This document shows positions 1 through 11,385 of a DNA stretch of 43,365 bases, one piece after another. The translations under genes and the position numbers were made by a program. The stretch lies in assembly GCA_013115145.1 (NCBI GenBank), contig JAAPAO010000282.1, forward strand, positions 1 through 43,365. The letters are read 5' to 3'. Positions within the stretch are counted from its first letter, which is position 1, and every line of letters begins with the position of its first letter. The stretch comes from Perkinsus chesapeaki ATCC PRA-425. Its lineage: Eukaryota; Protista; Perkinsozoa. The notes below the pieces were generated by a model that saw nothing but the letters and a program-made list of their open reading frames with translations, was not told the origin of the DNA and ran no database searches.

Positions 1-436
1 CGTCATTTTACGCTATTCTCCCTTCAACACATCTACAGCGAAGATGTTATGTCCAAAAGATTATTGGCTGAGTATTTACCCGAGTGGTTAAGGGGGTGAC
101 ACAACAGCTGTATGAGGCATATGACGAGATGTGCATACTTGGGCAGGAAGCTACAAGCACGAGAGAAACTGTCACAAGTGTTATATATGGTACAAAAATC
201 TCGCTCGCCCGTTTTTTTGAGAAACGGTTTCATCCACCCAACTAATGCATTCACCACACGTAAAAATCTTTATATTTAAAATTTCAAATTATTTTCGTTG
301 AAAGTTCAACCGTCTTCAGATGGCGGGTACTGTATCAATTTCGGGTTGTACTTTCAACTACAGTGGAGAGAAATGGAGACACAATGACACAATTTGCCCT
401 TGGGTCAACAGCACACAATGCCAGAATACCCAATAG
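1..436 (+). CDS. 3' end of a spliced hypothetical protein gene (5' part outside window)
   Basis: Removing three short GT-AG introns (96-146, 260-304, 327-363) gives one frame, ...SEDVMSKRLLAEYLPEWLRGKLQAREKLSQ...WRHNDTICPWVNSTQCQNTQ*, with TAG at 434-436. No recognisable family. Confidence 0.45.
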
Positions 437-871
437 ATGCCCAGTATGCTATGTACCGGTATCCGGAGCCAAGACATGCAGTAACCGGCACAACTGTTCC
501 ATGGCGCTGCGCAATATTCTGTCACAATACTATTTTTGCTGTAAGTGTACACAAAGCGTTTATCTAGCGTTAAGCTAGTGAGCGTTTCGTGACTGTTACA
601 CTTATGACTAAATTTTATATTTCTTATATTTTGCTAATTATTTATGTCCTCCAGTATTTCTCAATCTGCGTTGAGTTCAACTACTACACAAGAGTACTAC
701 ATATCTGAGAGGTATACGGTACGTAGTTTGACTAAACTCAGTTCCCATAAGCTCAAGCGATAACGTATTATTGGTAACATCAATGGCAATGGCTGAAGAG
801 TATAATAACTGTAAAACATTTGGCCTATTTCATGACAGTAGACGTACTAGATGGAAATAGCCGCTATTAAT

Positions 872-3352
872 CTAACGGCCAAGATATTCTCGGCAGTTCT
901 CAGTGATGGTCTCCACAACACTATGAAGTTGATTAGAGGTGTTCCTGTCCAACATATTACTTATTCGTACCTGATTTGCAACCATTCTACTCATCATCGA
1001 CCAACAAAGACCAAGAAATCATCGACTTTGGCACAAATGAAATGTACTGTCACAGTACTACTGTGTAATTGTGATACCGTAGAGCCTCCAAACCCTAGCT
1101 CTTAATTGACCTTCGAATGATGTTATCTTACATCCAGTGTTAATGGGTCATGGTCAGACATCCGGTAGAAATGCGCATATTGCGAATCTTCTGGCAATTC
1201 GGTCGGTGGCTCAACCCCAGCTAATCGACAAGTTTCATAGGCCCAGCACCGTGGAACATTACGAAGAGTGTAGCCGCCACCACCGAGGACAATCATTGGA
1301 ATCTGAGAATTCCCTCTGGCCAGGAATTCAGTTCGACATCACGAGCTTACCCCGTACGATGCCAAGTGCATGACAGTCTCAGAGTGCCCAACATTTGATA
1401 GATTAAAACAGCCAAGGCGATCACCAGCTAAAGAATCGGCACCTGAGAATAGTACGGTGCACTATAAGCGGCCATTTTAGGACCTACCCATTTGCGACAC
1501 TATGGCTTCTGGCTTGAACTTTTCGAATGCTGCATCAATTACTCTTTTAAAGACTTCAATATACCTATTACACCAGTATTACTATAAACTAATAATAGTA
1601 TATAATAACAATACAATAACAATGGTATATAATAACAATACAATAACAATGGTATATAATAACAATACAATAACAATGGTATATAATAACAACTTGGTAT
1701 ATAATAACAATACAATAACAATGGTATATAATAACAACTTACGTAACATCACCAATCCCTTCATGAAGTGGTACATTAATAGCATGACCTTTGCCGTTAC
1801 CAAGACCAATATCATCTATAGCACCAGTAGAGGGGAAGAAACCATTACCATACTTATGAAATGATATTGTTAATACCTAGTACATTAAGGTTAAACAAGA
1901 GATGTCTGAGAAATAAGACAGTTTACCTTATCCGTGGTAAAGAATGCCTCTTCTACACCATCACCATGATGAATATCAACATCAATATAAACAACTCGAT
2001 TAAAGCCAAGCCGAAGTAGCTCTAAAATCTAAAAAACACTAAACATGAGTAAATTGTGATAAGCATTCTCATAAACTGAGACTGAAGCTGCTAAGGTTGA
2101 TGATGCTATTCCACGATAATAAGATATACTAATAACTATCGGAATATCTTCTATCTCAGTAGAACTACTAATAATGTATTAATATAACTAAATATGATTT
2201 AAGGGATTGACTCTCCCATAGGACAGTTGCCTTACCCCAACAACACAGTCATTAACATAACAGAAGCCCGATGCTGCACTCTGTTTAGCATGGTGCATTC
2301 CTCCATGGAAGTTAAGACATATCTTATCTTTTCCTTCTGCTAACCTGCGTGCAGCTGACACCGTCAAAGCAGTGTAAAGGTTGCAGAACTCGTACCTATA
2401 TAGATCTGCGCAGGTTCGATTCCCCCCGGGTGCATTTTTTACATATTGCTAAAACCTGGACAATCTCCTTCACTACCTTCCGGGCGGCCACTAACAGAAG
2501 GCCTACCCGCATCTACCGAAATATTGTACCTGTCATCATGATGATGACAGCCCAGTAAAACTCCACTTAGACTAGTGTATCACTTATTAAGTATTCTCTG
2601 CCTGGCTCCTGGTGTAGCTAATGATGTTATACCGCCAGTTGCTCGATATATCCCCACCTGTCGTACTGTCTCCAGATAGTCACTTGAATGGAACATAGAC
2701 ATCACCTATAATGATGATGCCATTCAACCCGTTAGAGATACAACTGGATCGCCACACTTGTGAACGTATGATAAACGAATGTGTATGTTAAAGAGAATGT
2801 AGAGAGCTTGAGCAATCTGGTGGCACAGAATCTCAAGCACTCAATAAATGACTGAAATAATTATTATTAGATAGCAGCAGACAACATAAAGTATGGACAT
2901 TAGTATTGCCGTTAAACAGCAATATGGCAAGGTTATTATTAATACAAATTATTGCCGGCTATATAATGTCCGTTGCCCACCCAGGTTAGGATGATGATGA
3001 TGATGCCATCCAGGCATTTGTTGAGCCCCCTAATGCTGCCCATCTTATTACACCATGATCCAGCCTGCCATCGATATCATCCTCATCTAGCATCTCCTCG
3101 TCTCTTGCATCCTCAACAATATTAACAGGACAGTGGGTACTCCGAAGTATATCAACAACCTGAATGACTGAACGCTGAAACCTGGGCGTCATTCGGGACA
3201 CTCACCATAGCTGGGCGACAGGTCTTCATCGGATGAGATGAACCGAGGGAATACATCTCGAGTGATTCTGAAATATTCAAAATTCTGTACGTAGTTCCAG
3301 ACTCAAACTTAAGATGCTGCCGAATTGCTCCGGAATGGGCAGCTCGGACATC
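872..3352 (-). CDS. Class I (RPD3/HDAC1-like) histone deacetylase, multi-exon; N-terminus unresolved
   Basis: Spliced minus-strand peptides carry the class I motifs in order: [103 protein letters not shown]. Last exon 970-872 ends ...[12 protein letters not shown]. Confidence 0.92.
1598..1740. repeat. 27-bp minisatellite (GTATATAATAACAATACAATAACAATG) with two shortened copies
   Basis: Read directly: 3 full units, 1 short unit, 1 full unit and 1 partial unit. It fills most of the HDAC intron 1565-1742. Confidence 0.95.
2413..2440 (+). repeat. tRNA-3'-end-like intronic element 1 (antisense to HDAC)
   Basis: GG TTCGATT CCCCC CGGGTGC A TTTTTT inside the 47-nt HDAC intron 2442-2396. Removing that intron restores ...PGFSNM/YEFCNLY. 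Confidence 0.85.
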
Positions 3353-3857
3353 TCAGAATCTGGATGCTTTCCAAAGCGGACGGAGACATACAAGCGAAGC
3401 CAATATGGATTAATATAACCCAGAGGATAACAAGCAAATGATGACAGTATTATCGAATAGTCCTAGCCTCCCTTGCCTCCTCAAGTAGCATGACATCCAT
3501 ACCCTCGATGAGATAAAAAATTGGTCATTGAGCAAGTAGTATCTTTAGATATATAAATTAATTATACTCCTTTAAAGAGGTCACTGACCATTCATACGTA
3601 TGGATACGTTGATGATACTGTATCACTCATCCACAATCATCGCCCACCAAGACTTGACCCCTACTCCTCCCCCGTAGTACCATCAAATAACAGACTAACT
3701 CCATCCTTTGGCTTGGTCGCTCCATCTATTAAAGTTGCCATAAAAGGGAGAGTACTACTATATGCTGCCACTATACTAATATAATAACACAACACTGTGA
3801 TGGTTACGAAACCTACCCATCACCCGTCATCACAGGGCCAGAATAATGGCAATAACA

Positions 3858-4497
3858 CTACTTCGGTGGATTACTGACCATAAAGCCACCTTGACCATAG
3901 GCCTCAGCTGCAGCTATCGCAGCCTTCTGATCTCGCCTTGTACCATACATCATAGCAGCCAACTGACAAACAGCTAATGACCAGGCTAAGGATAATACGC
4001 TTCAACACGTAGCCATATTTGATAACCATTTTCAACAAGCCTCGACATGTTCGGTCGATAAGCGAACATCGTTAAGGTGGGCCGGAATCGAGATTCTTTA
4101 TTTTCCGATGAAATTGCATCAATCAAGGTACGTGTTATATATCAATATAAACATTGTTTTCCCACATAACAGTTGGTTACCTTAATGCCGATGAAAGCCA
4201 CGACGAATGGTGCCTGAGTCCCCCAAGATCCAGCACGGTGAGCGTAGAAGTACCGTCCTGCAAGAAAGAGATCACATCCAACTTAAGGATAGTCGAACAA
4301 CTCACCGAAATGCCTATGGGTGAACTGCTGAGTAGCCGATGCTGCTTTGGCGTTAAGCTCTGCTCCGCTCAGGTTCTAAAAATGCACGAGCCTGGAATCG
4401 AACCCACGACCTGTTGGACTACCTTATTGGCTTTCCAGAGAGAAGTCCACCATTTGATGCCAATAGGATGAGGATGCAGAGTGAAGAGGCCAGACAT
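3858..4497 (-). CDS. Mitochondrial ATP synthase subunit f, myzozoan type (108 aa, 4 exons)
   Basis: Exons 4497-4423, 4375-4306, 4257-4181 and 3962-3858 splice to MSGLFTLHPHPIGIKWWTSLWKANK...HFGRYFYAHRAGSWGTQAPFVVAFIGIKLAAMMYGTRRDQKAAIAAAEAYGQGGFMVSNPPK*. It has one TM-like segment and a C-terminal AYGQGG..PK motif resembling the Toxoplasma subunit f as recalled; not searched. Confidence 0.7.
4378..4412 (-). repeat. tRNA-3'-end-like intronic element 2 (sense in ATP synthase f gene)
   Basis: AGGTC GTGGG TTCGATT CCAGG CTCGTGC A TTTTT, followed directly by the AG acceptor of the 47-nt intron 4422-4376. Confidence 0.85.
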
Positions 4498-4745
4498 TTC
4501 ACGGCAGCGATGATGTTATCAAAAACGCTGCAAACACTTGGAAGTGACGGGCTGCTCAAAGCTGTCATCGAGACGATATATAAGAGACAGAATTTGTGTC
4601 GATAAAATATATATATTAAAGGCTGCTGTATTTACCGCCGCATTCAAACCTTCACTGCCCGATGAAGGGTAATACCACCGTCCAGTAAAGAGTCTTGGGC
4701 ACCACTGAAGGAGAAATAATTAACATAACAAGTGATGATGGTTAA

Positions 4746-6182
4746 TTACCTCATTATACAATCGATTGTGGCCTTCTCATCACTTGCCTCTTTTCTGACA
4801 CCTCTAGCTTCCTCTACCATCAAGCACGGTGTTATCTCGCCTTCTGTTGAGACTGGGTATGGTTTGAATGGTAACGGTACTGTGATAGCCGTCTCTGTTT
4901 CCTCATCACCACCACCTTGCCGTACATTACTATCAACAATACGGCAGTTCAAGGTCCAAGTAACCCGAGTAAGCTCCTCACCAACAAAGAAGTCAAACAC
5001 CAGTTGATGGCTAACCTTCACAGCCCCAGCCAAGTTGAATGATGGCGTCTCCTCCATGGGGACATAAATCGGCAGAGCAGCATTCACCAGGCCACACTCA
5101 CTCACCGAAGGAAGGACGCATTCCGCAACCGCAGTTCTATGGCAAGCCCCAGCAAGCTCATCCCGCGGGCGTTCAGCCCGAACCAATCTAACTCTAAGAT
5201 GCTCGGTAGGCGTACTTGTCCGAGTTGTAGAGAACTTCACACTAATATTCAGAGAGGAGTCCAAGTCGACATACAGGAGCCTTTCGGCAGGATTCCATCG
5301 ACCAATCACGGTAATCTCTGCGATAGCCGATTTGTTCAAACTGATAGAAAAATTTTTCCTGCCGAAAGTGGCCGGAGGATCCCTCCGTTCGCCAGCTCGC
5401 CGGGCAGCCCAAGCGAGCTGCCGATCTTCAAGAGTATCAGAGTTAGTCAACAGTGCGCCCCTGGGACCACTGGTGCAAAGAACCGCCCTTCCAACGCAGT
5501 TCAGACCGTCCTCATCAGTGGTAACCCGCATCGGCGTTTTTGATTGAAAAACCGTAGAATCGACGCTGGCCGCCACCGTAATGTAATACCGTATCGAAAC
5601 ATACTTGCCAGAAAAGGAAGGTGGTAGCAAATGAGGAAGTCTGAAGTGGTAGACCACTTGATGACGAGATGCTGCCGGGGTGAAGCTGACGGCAAGGATC
5701 TCGGGTGAGGTCGAATAGAGCAGAGCTGAAGTAGCGGGAAGGCGCTGCTCGATTGGGACAAACCCATGGGCTGAATTTATTGAGGGACGGTTGACTTCTT
5801 CAGGGGAACGGAAACTGAGATAAAATTAATGGAAAGTGGCAGAGACGGTGGAATATGTTAAGTTGACCTAATTCGTATCTTACCCGAGCCAACCCAAGAC
5901 ACTAAATCCCAGACGACAATCTAACTAGCGTATCACACCCTAATCAACCTAAGATATCCCTTACCTAAGTTCATGACGATTCAATTGAGCACCATGGAGT
6001 CCATTAACTTCACCATGAGCCTGTGCCAGTAGCCAATCGATCCTGATGTCATCATCGAATCCTTCAGTTAGACTAATAACAACTTCAACTTCCTCGCCGG
6101 GTTGATATCTTTCTTTTGAGAACACTAGATCGATTCGATGGGCCTTTGGTTGCCCATTAACATCTTTTAAAGGGCCTCTCAT
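4746..6182 (-). CDS. RGP1: RGP1-like protein (arrestin-fold subunit of the Ric1-Rgp1 Rab6 GEF), 2 exons
   Basis: Exon 6182-5965 (ERYQPGEEVEVVISLT...WLLAQAHG) splices in frame to exon 5814-4746 (SPEIL...LPPSFSGKYVSIRYYITV...ETPSFNLAGAVKVSHQLVFDF...VTWTLNCRIV). The motif order matches the Rgp1 family. Confidence 0.72.
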
Positions 6183-6575
6183 TTTGCTGAAGAGTTCGTG
6201 CCAAGAATGAGCCTCGGGCGCGCGCGACTTCGAAATCTAATCGATCTTTGTCAAAATGAAGTGGGTAGAGAGTGGGGTAGTATCTTAGGTTGATGCGAGG
6301 AAGATACGGAATAGGTTAACTTTGCAGGGATGCTCAGAGCGGGGGGTGGAATGATTGGGATAATTATCATACGGCAATTTGGTCTATTGGCAGCAGTAAA
6401 ATAGCGTAATAGCGGGAAGGGCGGCAGTGGGCGAAATAATTAAAATAGCAATTAACCGAACCGAACTAAGGAGCTGATGTATAGTGATATCCTGACCTGC
6501 TTCATATCTTCCCTGCTTGAAGCTCAGATACTGATCTCCTTAGTTGGGCTGCTCCTTGTCTTTCACTCCTCAGTA

Positions 6576-9500
6576 ATGAGTTACTACATTCGGCCAGAAG
6601 CGGTCCTTAAACGAGCCGATGAGCTTATCGAGATCGGCGAGTATCAAGCCGCCATCGATCTCTTGGGACAGGCTGCTGCATCACGTCGATTCAAATACAA
6701 TTTCACTCCTGCTGTGGAGGCTATTATGGAGAAGTTCCTAAGACTATGTGTACAGATGAAACAGGTCAAGCAGGCTAAAGAAGGTATCTTAAGGTTGAGC
6801 CGGTAAGATACATAATACCTCACTTTCATCATTAGGTCTTATCCAATATCGATCTATCACACAGCATACTCAAGTCCAATCCTTGGAAGATATGTTGACC
6901 CTTTTCCGTACTCTCAGTGAAGAGAGGATGGAAAAGGCCAGTCAGAGCTGCTCCGTGGTCACCGGTGATTCCTCCGATCCCATCACTCCCGACAGCGTTA
7001 TACTTGCCTCGCTCGGTCAAGACCCGACCAACCATGCTGAGATTGAATTTAGGGAAGCTGTGAAGGATATGTGGGAGACTTACAGAACGGTTTTAGAGAC
7101 AGTTAGAACGAATGCTAAGCTTGAAGGCTTATACTACTCGACAGCTTATAGAGCATTGGACTTCGTTAAAAAGCAGAATAGGAGGCTTGTGAGTACCTGA
7201 ATAGGAAGGCGGTAATGTCATTGTGTATATTTATAGGAAGCCAAGCGACTTTGTGATCTCTTCCGCTCGCACTGGACAAGTGCTAAGAAGCCATCGACAG
7301 GCATTGGTGCCAGTCAAAATATCAACCCTAATGACCCTGCTGTTGTATCTCGAGTAAGTTAACCTATTTTGTATCTTTCCATCTCTTCCTTGATAGGTTC
7401 TCTCATTACGTTTCGCCTGTGTCAATACCGCTATGGAGATGGGCATGTGGAGTTTGGCCTTCAGCGTTCTCGAGGATGTCCACACCCTCATTTCCAAGAA
7501 GAAACCAGCGCCAACTGCAGTGCAACTTCTCCAGTAAGGAAAGATTGAGTTCATTCCGACCCATAGGTTTAATAGATACTTCGACCGTCTCTCTCGCGTA
7601 CTTGGCTCGACTTATCTAATGGAGTCGACCAACCCTCGGTCATTGGCTGATAACGACACTCATCAAGCAGTTCAAAGGTTGTTCCATGCACAGGCTCAGA
7701 TCAAGTAAGGAGAGTAATAGTGAAGTTACTGAATTACAGTCAACATAGGTATCTTTACCTTCTACGTCAAGTTCTAAGTCAACGTTCAAATGATTCGGCA
7801 GTTCCTGAGAGCCAATTAGGTGCTGCCGCTCTTCCGGAGCTGCCCTCGTTGGAGGCAACTGCGGCACAGACTGTCATGGCTGTGCTCGCTGTCCCTCCTA
7901 CCAGCCGAGGCTTCATGGGATCATCACCGTCAGTGGGCGAGAGAGCTGATAGATTGGACGCGCTATTGGTGAGCTGGGATGTATGAAGGGTTAGACGAAT
8001 GGTGTTGTGGTGGATAGGGCCGCGATGTGATGCCAACGAGGGAATCTCTGCAAGATGAGCTGGTCGAGAATAAGGGAATCAGCTTGGCGCCTGCTGAGGT
8101 GCGCGATCTGTTTGAGGTGATCAACGAAGCAGAAGAAAAGGCTGATAAGGAGTCTACTGTTGATAATGGACTGTGGTAGGAAGGACAGCTAGAGGTGTCA
8201 GAAAAATAACACAGCTTTGCATTTCCATCGATCTTAGAATGGTAATGTATTCTTGCTGACAATTATATATGAATTAGAATTAGCTTTTATCAACTCAGTG
8301 TGGAGTGAAATTACGGATTTCCTCGGTATTTTATAAATTAAGTGGTTTACATATCCTCAACCCTTGATCAGTGCCCGTATTGATGGTATGTTGAAGGGTA
8401 TCCCCGAGCAGTACAGTGAAGCCTATGCCCCTTCCATCAGAAGGAACGTAGTTGAGCTTGTTGTGGCTAGCATGGCTAAGGTGATGGTGGTGGTGGAAGG
8501 TAGTGTGGATGTTATCTTTTAGACTCCTAATAAATCTACTACATATGATGAGTTATCGAAGGCCACCAGCACTTGTGGTAACATTGCTGACATCACCGAT
8601 CTCATCGATAGGGCCTCCTCGAAGGGACCAATAGTTGTTAAGGATGAACAGGACTCTACAGAAAGAAGAATGGTGAGGGCAGCTGGGGGGGAGGGGGAAG
8701 GGGATTTTGCTGAGTTCAGATACCTGTGGTTGATGATGCAACGTCATCGATTCACTTTGAAGTCCTTTCGGAGAAGGCTGCGGTGCCGACGGCTGAGGCT
8801 GAGGTCCAAACAAGTCTCAAGTTGGAGGACTACACTCAAGGAAATAAGGAAAGAGCCGGTATAGGGTCTGGTTGAGGGGGAATGACAATTGATAGGGTTA
8901 TTTCTAGAGTTGGAGGCAGCTCGTCAAGCGGCAGCTATCAAGGCGGCTCAGGAGGCAGCAGCGGCGGAGAAGAAGCGTGCTGAGGAGAGTAGGAAGAAGA
9001 AGCTAATGGAGAGGCAGGAGATGGAAGCCAGAAAGAAGGTTGGGGAATATAGAAGGGAAATGTAAGCGTATGTTTATGGATCTTAGGATCTTCCACGCAC
9101 TACTGCTATGTTGGAGTCTATTAAAAAACAGGCTAAGGCATTTGGTAAGGTTGGCTTGGACCTTTCGACGTGGGATATTGAGGTTCAGGACCTAATCACG
9201 TCACCAATATTACGATCGATGGCAAGGCACGCGATGTTCAGACTATTGCTGATCATGAGATTATCAAGATTGATCGTCAAGAGTAAGTCGATGTGGTGGT
9301 GGAGGTGATGGTGATGTGGGATGTATTGGTATCATTAGGTTGGATGATGTTAGAAGGAAGCAGTTGTTGAAGGAAAGGACTATTAGAATCAAGTAATGGT
9401 GACAACGGTGGTGGAAATGACAAGTGTTGCCACGGCCTTCATTTTTGGGCAATCTTCAAATAGAGTAAAGATAGTACAGGCTCAGAATATGTGATCGGAT

Positions 9501-11207
9501 ATGTCTATCTAGCGGATAGCAAGAGGAGGAGGAGGGGGAGGAGGAGGGGGTTAAGATAATGCTGCTGAAATTTACCAGTAGAGTTCTCGTGTGTTTCGGC
9601 CTTGGAAAACGCAATGTTGTATCGATTCCAAAACAAGGGAGCATTCGGGAGCTGGTGGAGGTGTAGCTGCTGATTGTCCCGTGGTCGTTAGTTTCCGTCG
9701 TGAAGAGGCCAAGAGGGTCGAGTACACCGAGCGTGGCATTCGGCAGAAGGAAGGTCCTCATATCCTCACGTGGAGGGAGCATGTTGATATTAATAGGATG
9801 AAGCGTTATCAGGAAATCAAAGCTCAAAGGTAATCATCAATTCACCATTGCCGCCACAGATCCATGTTATTTACTCAATAGGCAAGCGGCCTTGGATGAG
9901 CTGATCGAAAACCGTAAGGAGGATAAGGCGGCGTTGAAGCCAGCGATGCCAGTGGTGGAGGGTTGGATTGCTCAGAGGATGGCTGAGCGTGACGAGGTGA
10001 TATGAGTGATGGTAGTTGGGGGAAAGTCGGTATGAATTTAGAAACGAGCTAAGAAGATTGAGGATGCTCGTGTCGCTTGGAAGGCTCGAATGGTTCGGGA
10101 GAAGCTCGAGCGTGCTATGAATAAACTCGTGGCTTTTGAGAATCAGAAACAGGAGGAAGAAAAGTCTCGGTAAGGGTCGGAAGGGACGGCAGTAGTGCTA
10201 GTAGAACGGGCTATACAATACATCCATTACGTGATGAGGAGAATCACTCGGCACATTTGTCGGAGAACATCGCGCCTCGGAACCGAGGTCGTCGTAGTTG
10301 ATCTATGATGATGTCGAATGGGCTCCTCCTCCTGCTCCTGGTGGTGGTGCTGCAGCGGTTGTCGCCTGATGTAATGTTCTTATTTCAGTGAGAGGACTGC
10401 CTCTGCATCATCTGCATCGGCCTCACCTCGTAAGGGTAGCACATCCCCCTCTGCCAGAATTATCAGTAGAGGTGCTGGACTAGGATTAAGCACAGATATT
10501 GCAGCCAGCCGCAATGCCTTCAAGATGGTAACAGGGATCTAGTAGTAGGAAGGCGGCGGTGGTATTGGTGTATTCTTCAGCACGGTCGTGAGTCGTCACC
10601 TGAGCCGGAGGAGGGAATGAGTTGGAGAAGGCCAGCTCCTGCTGCTGCTGCTCCTGATTCGGCAAGAGGATTCGGAGCACCTTCTGCTGGAAAGTAACGT
10701 ACAGCTTCGGGACTGTTCACTTTGTTATTGAAATTCAACTTCGCTTTTAAATATCGATGGGATATTTAAATGATATAGTAACTTCCACGGTGTAACATTA
10801 CTCTGTATAAACTGCAGCCCTTTGTTATTGTTACTATTAGTATAACTATTCTAAACCGTCTACTGTCTGGCCAGAGCAAGACATTGATGGTTATACAGAT
10901 TTTAGATAATCCTGCAATCGGGTCCTGATTGACTGTTACCGAATTTACTCCTCTACTCAATCGGCGGCAGCGCCGGCGGACACTTTTTTTCGTTGACCAG
11001 TGTATTATTCAAATACCCTCGCAATGTATTAAGTATTACTGTATATATTCATGAAGGTTATCATCGGTCATCATTACTTTCTGTCCCTTTTTGTGTCCTT
11101 GTCGTGATGATGATTATGTGCTTAGATATGTCCCACCATCCCGCAGAGGCGCAGCAGCAGCAGGCGGTCGTGATGCTGATGGCTTCACAACAGTTAGACG
11201 TCGTTAA
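6576..11207 (+). CDS. eIF3a: Eukaryotic translation initiation factor 3 subunit A, multi-exon
   Basis: N-terminus MSYYIRPEAVLKRADELIEIG...AIMEKFLRLCV...AKEG; MWETYRTVLETVRTNAKLEGLY matches eIF3a WESYRQCLDLLRNN; a long E/R/K coiled-coil region follows. Last exon 11126-11207 is (K)YVPPSRRG...DADGFTTVRRR*. Internal exon boundaries are not all verified. Confidence 0.93.
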
Positions 11208-11385
11208 GTTTACAACAATCGATCAACTGATCGATATTAGCTAAAGGCCTACTAAAGAAGGAGTTGATGTTGATATCCCATCAATGATACCAATACTGCT
11301 ACTGTTTCCTTTATACCATTTCTGCCGAGTTGAAGTTATGATTAAATGAAAGAGCGGTATGAGAGTCTGTACCTAGACAGGGGTA

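Noticed and set aside
1502-1864. 120-aa ORF with VYNNNTITM repeats
   Set aside because: It is the antisense reading of HDAC exons plus the intronic minisatellite.
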